64,000 nt of DNA, taken from NCBI GenBank assembly GCA_964444665.1, contig CAYUIE010000003.1:234990-298989 (forward strand). Reading direction: 5' to 3'. The notes beneath the pieces are model-generated. The model was not told the DNA's origin. It made no database searches and saw only the letters and a program-made list of their open reading frames with translations. Origin of the DNA: an uncultured Pirellulales bacterium (GTDB lineage Bacteria > Planctomycetota > Phycisphaerae > Sedimentisphaerales > CAYZTY01). Numbering within the stretch: position 1 is the first letter of the stretch; the number at the start of each line of letters is the position of its first letter. The translations under genes and the position numbers were made by a program. This document shows positions 52,423-60,735 of the stretch, piece by piece.

Positions 52423-53151
52423 ATGGGTAACAGCAGTAGTTTGAAAGACGAGATGATCGAGAAATTATGGCTCCCAAAAGCTAAGGAGGCGTGGAGTATC
52501 ATTTGTCCCAGGCGGAAGAAACATGCTCGGATGTGTATGCTTACACTGTCGGATGGCCTTGACTTGGGCGAGGTGTCTAAGTTGGAGGAGGCGAATTTGA
52601 TTACGCGGGAAGACTCTGTGGGCTGGGTCTCTTCAATGAATAAGCGATGGAGGGTCGAAGCAGAAAATATTGGACTGGTCATTGACGGGCATGTATATGA
52701 TTCGTCATTTCTCACGCCATCTTGCCCACTGGTAAGCCATTTCCCTTTTGACATCCTCAATCTGGATTTTGGCTCCCAAGACGCCGACATGAATGAGGGA
52801 CGGACGGAAACCGAACTCATGGCGTTTGAAAAATTCATCGATCTTCAGGGACAAAATGGCAAACGCAAATTTCTCGTCATCTTCACTGTTCCAATCAACT
52901 CCTGCGATCTGGATTGCGCAAGGGTCGCGAGGGGATCTGACGCAACGAGAGTCAATGGCTGGGGCGGACTTAGATTGGACGAATACTCCGAGCATATTGC
53001 AGAACAAAGCGAAAAGACGGACTTCATCCAAGCTATTGCAGACAGTGTTATCCGGAAATATGGCTATAGTTGTAGTAACGGTTTAGTACCGCTATTATGT
53101 TCCGACTCTAACAGGATTCTGTTCTCCGTCGCAGGAGTCCTGGTGAGGTAG
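52423..53151 (+). CDS. Hypothetical protein, possibly degenerate SAM-methyltransferase-like fold
   Basis: Tightly packed in operon; MLTLSD and FPFDILNLDF segments; fold guess only. Confidence 0.55.
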   Translation: MGNSSSLKDEMIEKLWLPKAKEAWSIICPRRKKHARMCMLTLSDGLDLGEVSKLEEANLITREDSVGWVSSMNKRWRVEAENIGLVIDGHVYDSSFLTPSCPLVSHFPFDILNLDFGSQDADMNEGRTETELMAFEKFIDLQGQNGKRKFLVIFTVPINSCDLDCARVARGSDATRVNGWGGLRLDEYSEHIAEQSEKTDFIQAIADSVIRKYGYSCSNGLVPLLCSDSNRILFSVAGVLVR

Positions 53152-53154
53152 AAA

Positions 53155-53934
53155 ATGGCTAAGTTTAATATTGACAAATTGCCACCACTGGCGAGAAGCA
53201 TGTTTGAAAGCCAGTCGAAGTGGGCAGACAAAAACTGGAAAGATACCTTGAGATTGCGTGCGCGTGAAATCAATACTCTCTTGGATAACATAAGCATTTT
53301 CGATCTCTGGAAGAAAGTGCTTGGAGACGAATACGGTAAAATTGGGCAAGATTTGTTGCCTGAAATTTATATGGACGCCTATGTGTCAGTACATTTCGCT
53401 TGTATGGGTCTGTACAAGCAAAGCCATGTATGTTTGAGATCCGAACTAGAGAATGCTCTGCGTCTGGTCTACTTTGCAGTGCACCCTGTTGAGTATGGCT
53501 GGCGGCGGTCTGGGAAGGATTTCTTCAAAAAAAAGGATGTGTGGGCAGACGATTATCGCTATTTTCGGCAACTTGATGAGGTCCAGAAGTTTCAGCAGAT
53601 TTGTAAAAAGGATGGAAACAATGTTATTGTCTTTGACGCTGTAAGAAATCTTTATAGTAAACTATCTCAATATGTTCATACAGGGCCTACTACTTTTATA
53701 ACTACACCTAATCGCTTTGCTCCCAAATACAAAAAACCAGAATTCGGAAAATGGCTAAATGCCTTTAAGGAGACGCAGAAGTGTATAAATCTAATTCTTG
53801 TCTTGGGATTCACCGAAGATTTCAAGAAGTTGACCCTGCCTAAGAAGAAGGGAATCTTGAAAAAAACCGGTGACAAAAAAGTCAAGAAAGGTCTACGTAA
53901 ATCCATACCAGTAAAATTCGTGGGGGCTATCTGA
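53155..53934 (+). CDS. HEPN-like (DUF5677-type) helical protein
   Basis: LRSELE and LYSKLSQYVH motifs with helical character. Confidence 0.55.
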   Translation: MAKFNIDKLPPLARSMFESQSKWADKNWKDTLRLRAREINTLLDNISIFDLWKKVLGDEYGKIGQDLLPEIYMDAYVSVHFACMGLYKQSHVCLRSELENALRLVYFAVHPVEYGWRRSGKDFFKKKDVWADDYRYFRQLDEVQKFQQICKKDGNNVIVFDAVRNLYSKLSQYVHTGPTTFITTPNRFAPKYKKPEFGKWLNAFKETQKCINLILVLGFTEDFKKLTLPKKKGILKKTGDKKVKKGLRKSIPVKFVGAI

Positions 53935-53935
53935 T

Positions 53936-55009
53936 ATGATAATAAAGAAGGAAGATATCTTTAAGAAAGCTCCTTCGACAAGATATCAAGGTAGCAAGAG
54001 AAGGATTCTGCCTTGGCTTTACGATAATCTCAAAGACTTGGACTTCCACACAGTTTTTGATGGTTTTGGAGGAACTGGAAGTGTTAGTTATTTATTTAAG
54101 TTAATGGGTAAAAAAGTTACTTTCAATGATATATTAGCTTCGAATTATTTGGCTGGTGTAGCTTTGATTGAAAATGAGTCTGTCAAATTAGACCGAGATG
54201 ATGTTGATTTTATTTTACATGAAAATGGTTTTAATTATCCTAGTTTTATCGAGGACAATTTCAGGGGGACCTATTATTTGTCTCGGGAGAACAGATGGCT
54301 AGACGTTGTATCTCTTAACATCCGAATGCTTTCTCAAAAGTATAAAGGTGATATCTTAAGGAAAAAGCAGGCTTTAGCCAATCATATTTTATTTCAAGCT
54401 TGTTTATGTAAACGCCCCTTTAATCTTTTTCACAGAAAAAACTTATATTTGAGAACAGCACGAGTAAAAAGGAGTTTTGGAAATAAAAAAACATGGAACA
54501 CAAGTTTCCAAAGGTTGTTTCTAAAATTTAATGAAGAAATCTCTCAAAAGATTTTTTCTACTAAATTGAAGCATACCGCTCTTTGCGAAGATATTATGAA
54601 AGTCAGAAGGAAAAAGTTTGATCTTGTGTACTTAGATCCGCCGTATGCTAGGAAAAATGAAAGACATCCCAAAGATTATCATTCTTTATATCATTTTTTT
54701 GAAGGAATGCTTGATTATGATAATTGGGCGGAAAGAATTAATTGGAACACTAGAAATCATTGTTTAGTTCAGGAAAAGACAGGATGGGATAAGGATTCAA
54801 TCGAGGAGAATTTTGATAAATTATTTAGGAAATTTCAAAATTCGATTATAGTTGTTTCCTACGGTAGTCCAGGTGTCCCTTCCATTGATACAATCAGAAA
54901 GCTCCTGAATAAATACAAATCTGTGGTCTATATTAAACAAAGGCAGTATTGTTATAAATTGAACCGTAAAAATGGTGGTTTATACGAGGTTTTATTGATA
55001 GGCAAATAA
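53936..55009 (+). CDS. DNA adenine methyltransferase (Dam/D12 class)
   Basis: RYQGSK, FDGFGGTGSVS (motif I), FND, YLDPPY (motif IV). Confidence 0.92.
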   Translation: MIIKKEDIFKKAPSTRYQGSKRRILPWLYDNLKDLDFHTVFDGFGGTGSVSYLFKLMGKKVTFNDILASNYLAGVALIENESVKLDRDDVDFILHENGFNYPSFIEDNFRGTYYLSRENRWLDVVSLNIRMLSQKYKGDILRKKQALANHILFQACLCKRPFNLFHRKNLYLRTARVKRSFGNKKTWNTSFQRLFLKFNEEISQKIFSTKLKHTALCEDIMKVRRKKFDLVYLDPPYARKNERHPKDYHSLYHFFEGMLDYDNWAERINWNTRNHCLVQEKTGWDKDSIEENFDKLFRKFQNSIIVVSYGSPGVPSIDTIRKLLNKYKSVVYIKQRQYCYKLNRKNGGLYEVLLIGK

Positions 55010-55093
55010 CTTTTCTGAAGCCATACAAGAGGTATCTTTCATTTTCTTCAACAGCGAAATAAGTGTCACTTTTATATTCCAAGCAAAGAAGAT

Positions 55094-55891
55094 TCACCAC
55101 TTCTCGCACATCCCCTGATATCCACAGTTTCCGCATAGATAGCCTTCGTTTGGATAATAGAAGCCGCCCCGTATTGCGTTTTCGACCTGTCCCGCAAGGC
55201 GGGAGAAACGATCGATGTCCGCCTGTGTCCTTTTCCCGTATAGCTGCTGGATCTTCGGCTGTTTGTTTCTTACCATTACGTCGAGACGGACACCTTTTTC
55301 TTCCTGGCCGTAGAGCGTGCGGAAGGCCAGCGAATAGGCAGTCAACTGAACATCCTTTTCTGCCGTGTTTTCCGGGAAGCTCCGTTTAGTCGTCTTGTGG
55401 TCGATGATGCACTGCTTATCGTCGATAAGGTCGATATATCCTTTAAGGGGAAGCTTGGTTCCAACCGTGTCAATGAGGAATTCCCGCTCGACTTCGACCG
55501 GCTGGACGCTTGGAGCAACCTGATCGAAGTATGCCTTCAGAAGATTCACGCCGTCATCTTTGAGCTTCCCAGGATTCTCTCCGTCTTTGAACTCCGTTTC
55601 CCCGACTTCACGTTCCCAGTACTCGCTGAAGAGTTCAGTAATATGAGAAACAATAATATCATGGCCGGTCTTTATTTTCTGCCTGTAGTTATCTTTAAGG
55701 GTATGATGAATCGTCCGGCCAAGAGTCAGGTCTCCTGTCGGCGGAGTCTTAATATCACATATGTATCGGAAAAAGTATGAAAGAGGGCAACGAATGTACA
55801 TCTTAAGCTGGGAGACGGACAGGTGGGGCCTTATCGTCGAGACGGTTCCCACCTGCCCATCTGAAGAGAATTCACTGTCGGCCTCTGTCAT
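55094..55891 (-). CDS. PD-(D/E)XK nuclease, RecB/AddB/Cas4-like with four-Cys cluster
   Basis: LSVSQLKMYIRCP, GRTIH, VERE, GYIDL, IIDHKT, QLTAY, C-terminal CGNCGYQGMC; start at MTEAD ATG 55891 after GGGGG. Confidence 0.88.
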   Translation of the reverse strand: MTEADSEFSSDGQVGTVSTIRPHLSVSQLKMYIRCPLSYFFRYICDIKTPPTGDLTLGRTIHHTLKDNYRQKIKTGHDIIVSHITELFSEYWEREVGETEFKDGENPGKLKDDGVNLLKAYFDQVAPSVQPVEVEREFLIDTVGTKLPLKGYIDLIDDKQCIIDHKTTKRSFPENTAEKDVQLTAYSLAFRTLYGQEEKGVRLDVMVRNKQPKIQQLYGKRTQADIDRFSRLAGQVENAIRGGFYYPNEGYLCGNCGYQGMCEKW

Positions 55892-56309
55892 TGTTCCCCC
55901 CGCCATTGTTATCCTGTGCCGGAGTCTCCGGTTCACCCTCGAAGACGTAGCGTTCAAAGAATCTCGCCGTCTCGATGGTCAGATCCTTCTTGGCATCAGG
56001 GTCAAGCTGAACGGGTGCAAGAATCTCGCTGGCGGATTTCAGGCACGACATCCTTGCGATCTGCCTGTCCTTGCCGTTTGGCCGGTATTGCGGCAGTTCG
56101 TTGCCGTTACCATTCACCGGCTCTATATCCGTCATGTTCTTGAAATTTCCGCTCTGCCTGAAGTCGTAGTCGATGGTTACGCCTTCCTGGAGCGTGTCAA
56201 AGTACTTGTCGTCCCAGACGCTGTATCTCTCTCCCCCGACCTGGACGGTCAGGTATTTCTGTCCCTTTCTGCTCTCGTTCTCCCAGACCTGCTCAATAGC
56301 CCCTCTCAT
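55872..56309 (-). CDS. Hypothetical, putative OB-fold ssDNA-binding protein of mobile elements
   Basis: Beta-rich N-terminus (KYLTVQVGGERYSVWD..FKNMTDI), RQIARMSCLKSA helix, acidic/Gly tail; GGAGGTG SD before ATG 56309. Confidence 0.55.
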   Translation of the reverse strand: MRGAIEQVWENESRKGQKYLTVQVGGERYSVWDDKYFDTLQEGVTIDYDFRQSGNFKNMTDIEPVNGNGNELPQYRPNGKDRQIARMSCLKSASEILAPVQLDPDAKKDLTIETARFFERYVFEGEPETPAQDNNGGGNNDRGRQ

Positions 56310-56328
56310 ATTACACCTCCACACTTCT

Positions 56329-56592
56329 TCAAGGCAGCTCCTCAACGGTTGTCCCGTCTTCAAGAATTGATTTCGGGCAGAAGCGGCGACACTGCTTCAC
56401 CTCCTTGGAAGACGGAATCTTCTTCAACACGGCACACCAGATGCCTCTGCCGTTTTCAATTCCGCAGATGCAACCTTCACACTTTGCCGGGTATGGATCC
56501 TCCGATTTGTAGCTGCCTGCCATTACAGGAGGTTTCTCAGGTCGGCATTTTAGGGTATCGGAGAAAGGGTATGCGATTCGTGCTGTTGCCAT
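56329..56592 (-). CDS. Small Cys-rich hypothetical protein
   Basis: CEGCIC..WC..CRRFC; co-oriented between the recombinase and the SSB-like gene. Confidence 0.5.
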   Translation of the reverse strand: MATARIAYPFSDTLKCRPEKPPVMAGSYKSEDPYPAKCEGCICGIENGRGIWCAVLKKIPSSKEVKQCRRFCPKSILEDGTTVEELP

Positions 56593-56608
56593 GTAAGGAG
56601 AATGATGA

Positions 56609-57808
56609 TTAATCGTCGGTTTCAGGGTTTGTGAGTTCCCCGATCTTCCGTGCGAGTATGTCCCGGAAGTCCTGGTCCTGAATTAGCCTGTCCATAATTT
56701 GGTCGGCTTTGTTCCGCTCAAGGTTCTTCTTGATGATTTCACTAGCCGTTTTCTGATCTAACACTGTGCCACAACGGCTGCAAAATTTGTTCGTTGATGC
56801 GTTTTCTACCTTGCACCGTGGACAAGCTTTTGGCCTTAACTTGCCCTCCGGTCTCCGGCTCGTGTCAGTAGCAATACCGTAGGTCTTTAGCAGAGCGTTG
56901 TCAACGTCACGCCCCGAAAGGTGAACGTATATGGATGGCATGTTTGAGCCCTGGGTCCATCCGAAGACTTCATTCATCTGTGCTTCGGTGAGATGGTTGG
57001 CCAGGTGTGTCGCCCTGCTGTGGCGAAATGAATGCGGGTTGATTCTCTTCTTAATTCCAGCTCGTTTCGCTGCTGCATCCAGTATGTCGCGTATCCTCTT
57101 ATAACTCAGACGGGACGCTCTGTAGTCTTTTGAAACCCACAGGTATTCCTGTGGTTGTGACTTCTTAGGGTGAATGTTAAGCCAGTCGGTCATATATGGA
57201 GCTGATGTGATTATTAGTAATCTTCTTGTTCCTGTCTTTCCTGATACGATGATTCGAAAACCATGAATGTGTGGAAGAACATGCTTTATTCTCATCGATG
57301 CAATTTCCCCTATTCTGCACCCGGTCTCGTAAAGAATCGATACGAGGGCCCTGTCCCTGGGATCATGGCATGCCTCAATTAGCCTGGAAATGTCCTCTTC
57401 CGTAAGAAGTTCATCAGGAAGCCTGTTGTTGCAGTTACGGCGGCTGAGCTTAATCCACGCCGTTTCCTGCGGATCTTCATTAACTCCCCGGAGCCAGCGA
57501 TAGAATTTCTTTATCGTAAGCTTGAGGTCCTGTTTTGTCCATTCGGAATAACCGGACTGCTGAATGGTTCTTACGAGCGTCTCAATGTCAGCTTTAGTGG
57601 CATCAGCGAAGTCCTTTTTAAAGAGAGAAGCGAGGCACTTGAGATGGCCGACATATTTCTCCACGCGTGGAATGCTCAGTCCCTCGGAGAAACAGTAATC
57701 GGAAAAATCCAGAATGGCACGTTTGTTTTTCGGAGAGAAGTTAGACTTCTTGATTAGCTCTATTCTTCTCTCCAGCTTACGTTCATAGTTATGGAAGCTA
57801 TCATCCAT
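56609..57808 (-). CDS. Tyrosine recombinase of archaeal type with C-terminal zinc ribbon
   Basis: YSEWTKQDLKLTIKKFYRWL, ETGCRIGE (R), GKTG (K), PHSFRHSRAT (HxxR), FGW, YVHLSGRDVD (Y), CPRC..N..KFCSRCG. Confidence 0.92.
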   Translation of the reverse strand: MDDSFHNYERKLERRIELIKKSNFSPKNKRAILDFSDYCFSEGLSIPRVEKYVGHLKCLASLFKKDFADATKADIETLVRTIQQSGYSEWTKQDLKLTIKKFYRWLRGVNEDPQETAWIKLSRRNCNNRLPDELLTEEDISRLIEACHDPRDRALVSILYETGCRIGEIASMRIKHVLPHIHGFRIIVSGKTGTRRLLIITSAPYMTDWLNIHPKKSQPQEYLWVSKDYRASRLSYKRIRDILDAAAKRAGIKKRINPHSFRHSRATHLANHLTEAQMNEVFGWTQGSNMPSIYVHLSGRDVDNALLKTYGIATDTSRRPEGKLRPKACPRCKVENASTNKFCSRCGTVLDQKTASEIIKKNLERNKADQIMDRLIQDQDFRDILARKIGELTNPETDD

Positions 57809-58153
57809 GAAGATTCACCCACGCCAGGCTTTTAAGACCTGACGTGGGCACCGTGCTTTTCACCCCACGCCGAGGATGGGTGTTCAACGAAAAGTACAAC
57901 GCCCACAGAATTCAGACCTTAAAGCCTATGAGAAATAGTTAACTGAAGAGATATTTAAGCCTTGCGCTCGTAAGAATATTGGTTAGAAATGCAGGATAGA
58001 ACAAACTTTACCCATTCCGGAGTTCTGATCGCCCGGTCATTCTCACTTTCCATGCTGAAATATAGGTGAATGCCTTTTTTCATCCTTCTTTCCACATGTT
58101 GCGCACCATGCCAGTAAAGCGCAAATGGGTGCACCGAAATCGCGTCAAATTCC

Positions 58154-58702
58154 CTATTCGGCTACCATCGTTGCCGATAGCTTCTTTCGCACCCATAACG
58201 AGAACCACATCGAGAAGACACATAAGGCAAATGCCGGAGGGAGTACGACGAGTGTGTTAGCTACAGGGTTATCACATAGGAGGAAGCCCTGTACAGGCTC
58301 AGGAGAGCGTGCTCTACTGACAAGATACTCACCACAGAATGCGTTGCTTACTGGACTGTAAGGATTTGAATAGAAAATCCGTATGACACTGTAGGAAGGG
58401 CTCTGTGAATGGAAGAGATTCAGTCCTACCGGATTGATTACCAATGTCACGATGGCAACGGAGGTAACAATGATTAGTAATGCCGCGACAAGGTAATCCT
58501 TGAATGTGGCACGAAGCAGAAAGGCAACCCCAAATGGAATGGCAATGCAGTTTATGGCAGGAAGGATCATGCTGAACTGAAGGTTTATAGCTCCGAGAAA
58601 GTCCAGAAGAAGGACGAACCACAGCAAACCCGCAAGCAATGAGAATACCCACCAGAGTAGAAAGACTTTGCCCACAGTTCGGACGTTATTGATATCCTTC
58701 AT
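58154..58702 (-). CDS. Hypothetical membrane protein (about 4 TM)
   Basis: Hydrophobic segments; divergent from ORF 58758. Confidence 0.6.
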   Translation of the reverse strand: MKDINNVRTVGKVFLLWWVFSLLAGLLWFVLLLDFLGAINLQFSMILPAINCIAIPFGVAFLLRATFKDYLVAALLIIVTSVAIVTLVINPVGLNLFHSQSPSYSVIRIFYSNPYSPVSNAFCGEYLVSRARSPEPVQGFLLCDNPVANTLVVLPPAFALCVFSMWFSLWVRKKLSATMVAE

Positions 58703-58726
58703 GTTTTAGTATATAATATTGACGAA

Positions 58727-58741
58727 TTATTAAGCTATCGG
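58727..58741 (-). promoter_or_regulatory. Archaeal BRE+TATA-like motif (possibly bidirectional TATA)
   Basis: Minus strand CCGATAG-CTTAATAA starting 39 nt before ATG 58702; plus strand GACGAA-TTATTAAG with TATA at -31..-24 of ATG 58758. Confidence 0.5.
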
Positions 58742-58757
58742 CGAAAGGGACAGGAAG

Positions 58758-60281
58758 ATGAAGACTGGTTTGTTTCTGGCGCTATGCGTGTTTCTTACAC
58801 TCTTATCTATCACATCAGCTTCCTCTGGCAAGGGATTCCCTCCAAAATGGATCGAAGGAGATGCATATGTGACTCAGGGAGAAGTGATTGACGGAAAACC
58901 AGTAAGTGGGAGAGGTGTCAAGGTTTCTATAACACGTTCTAAGGGAGCCGAATCCAGTGGACCATATCACTACACTGTAAGAATTCAGCCAGGCGATCCA
59001 TGGGAACATGGTACAGCAAGCGGAAGGACAGTATGGATTGAGGGACATGGTATCAGCCAGATCATCATCTCTCTGCCGGTCGATACGGCGGAAATTACAA
59101 ATACCAGAGTCTTGATAATCGGAAAGACCAGAGAACAAACAATGAGGGAGCTACAGGCAATTATGACAGAGGGGTTCAAGGGGTATGCCGAGGAACAAAT
59201 AAGGCAAGCAGCGGACAAGGCCAAGGATATTGTGTTTGGAATTCCAACCTCCTACATTGAGTTGGAAGAACCGTTTGAACTAAGTCCTCGAGATGGTCTC
59301 ATTATACTGAAGTGTGATTTCGAAGGAGCCAATGTCAGTCAGCGTTTTGACAAAATTGAAGAAGTTGTCGTTTCCTTCGATCTAACCTATAAGAAACCAA
59401 GCAAGCATTATATAGTAATAACTCCAGACATCAGAGCTACAGGCAACCTAGTTGATACATCATTACCTCTGAGGGGGAGCATAGGTGGTTACTACCTCAT
59501 TGAATACAGACAGGAGTTCATTCTAACACATAGTGGTGACTTTGAGAGTCGTCAAAACTCGGAAGGTCACCCGTATTTTCCGCTGACTGTGGGCAACAAA
59601 TGGACATACGATACGCGTGTGCAAATGGTGGTTCCGGGGTTCATGGAGAACCCCCCTAAAGAGGGTTCAACTACCTTTGCGGTCGCAGATAAGAAAAGGG
59701 TCAGCGACAAAGACTGCGTAGTAATTAGAGAGGGTATGAACGAAAGCTACTACTATATTGAAGACGGGTGTGTGATGTTAGCTGGTTCGCGCGGATGGGC
59801 CAGCATTGAGGAGTTTCTGTCACAGCAGGGTCTAAAAATCAAGTTCCCCACGAAGTATTTGGAGAATTCACTAACAACCGGTAAGTCATGGATAAGGGAA
59901 CATATTATTGGCTCTCATCCTGATGCTAGTTTAGTATCACGAGTTTTGTGTGTCGAAACTGTTACTGTCCCTGCAGGAACATTCCAAGACGCCATCAAGA
60001 TTAAAAATCGTCTTTCTGTGGGTAGTATGGGAGAGGTAGTTGTTATTGAATGGTTGGTAAAAGGTGTTGGAAGAGTAAAGGGCTCTATGTTAAGCCGCTT
60101 GGGGGGAAATAATAGTGGTGCTATGCCCGTGCAAGTTAAAATGGAATACGAACTTAGCTCATATGATATTGCTATGGGCGATCACAAAAGGAATAGTGAA
60201 GAGAAAGATAAACAGCAACACAAGGAAAAAAAGATTGGATGCAGTTTCACCGATGAACTTTCACCCGGCGGAGTAGGTTAG
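58758..60281 (+). CDS. Secreted hypothetical protein, C-terminal DUF3108/TapB-like beta domain
   Basis: Signal peptide MKTGLFLALCVFLTLLSITSA; YFPLTVGNKWTY ... ETVTVPAGTFQDAIKI pattern. Confidence 0.65.
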   Translation: MKTGLFLALCVFLTLLSITSASSGKGFPPKWIEGDAYVTQGEVIDGKPVSGRGVKVSITRSKGAESSGPYHYTVRIQPGDPWEHGTASGRTVWIEGHGISQIIISLPVDTAEITNTRVLIIGKTREQTMRELQAIMTEGFKGYAEEQIRQAADKAKDIVFGIPTSYIELEEPFELSPRDGLIILKCDFEGANVSQRFDKIEEVVVSFDLTYKKPSKHYIVITPDIRATGNLVDTSLPLRGSIGGYYLIEYRQEFILTHSGDFESRQNSEGHPYFPLTVGNKWTYDTRVQMVVPGFMENPPKEGSTTFAVADKKRVSDKDCVVIREGMNESYYYIEDGCVMLAGSRGWASIEEFLSQQGLKIKFPTKYLENSLTTGKSWIREHIIGSHPDASLVSRVLCVETVTVPAGTFQDAIKIKNRLSVGSMGEVVVIEWLVKGVGRVKGSMLSRLGGNNSGAMPVQVKMEYELSSYDIAMGDHKRNSEEKDKQQHKEKKIGCSFTDELSPGGVG

Positions 60282-60332
60282 GCGTTTGTCGCTAGTTGGA
60301 TCGAAAGCCACAGGTCTTGGGTACGAAGTGGA

Positions 60333-60701
60333 TTGTGTGGCACAAAAGATGAAAAGCCTTGTTGGCTTCTGGGATATCTCGAAAGAGGTCCTAAACTTGA
60401 GTTCCATCTTACTTTTTGCGGTAGCGGGGGGTCTCCAAAAGTCCATCTACAACCAAGAATATGGTCTATAACGTTTGAGGGAAAGAGATCGTACTGGACA
60501 GAAGTTTGGGATAGCCGTTCGAGACGACGCTATACAGTCGTTGTGGATGTTGATTTCTGTGGTCGTGACAGATTCGAAGTTAGAAGTGGGGAATACTGGG
60601 AGACCTTCAGGGTTGTTGGCGACAAGAATTTGGAAGTAGTAACTGAGAGCAAGACTCACATTAAGGCTCGATGGCATCTGCATATCGAACGGATGTATTA
60701 A
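60333..60701 (+). CDS. Possible hypothetical protein or degraded gene
   Basis: Fills the gap between convergent genes; beta-rich C-terminal half; no family recognised. Confidence 0.3.
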   Translation: MCGTKDEKPCWLLGYLERGPKLEFHLTFCGSGGSPKVHLQPRIWSITFEGKRSYWTEVWDSRSRRRYTVVVDVDFCGRDRFEVRSGEYWETFRVVGDKNLEVVTESKTHIKARWHLHIERMY

Positions 60702-60735
60702 CTTGGGACTTAGCATTTCAGAGACGTTGATAAGG

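Noticed and set aside
52218-52838. 206-aa minus-strand ORF over the GHKL operon
   Set aside because: Antisense, Ser-rich, no motif; treated as a shadow ORF.
55094-55891. Cas4-like nuclease as evidence for a CRISPR-Cas locus
   Set aside because: No repeat-spacer array and no other cas genes seen in the window.
55761-56612. 283-aa plus-strand ORF in the island
   Set aside because: Antisense to three coherent minus-strand genes that have SD sites and motifs.
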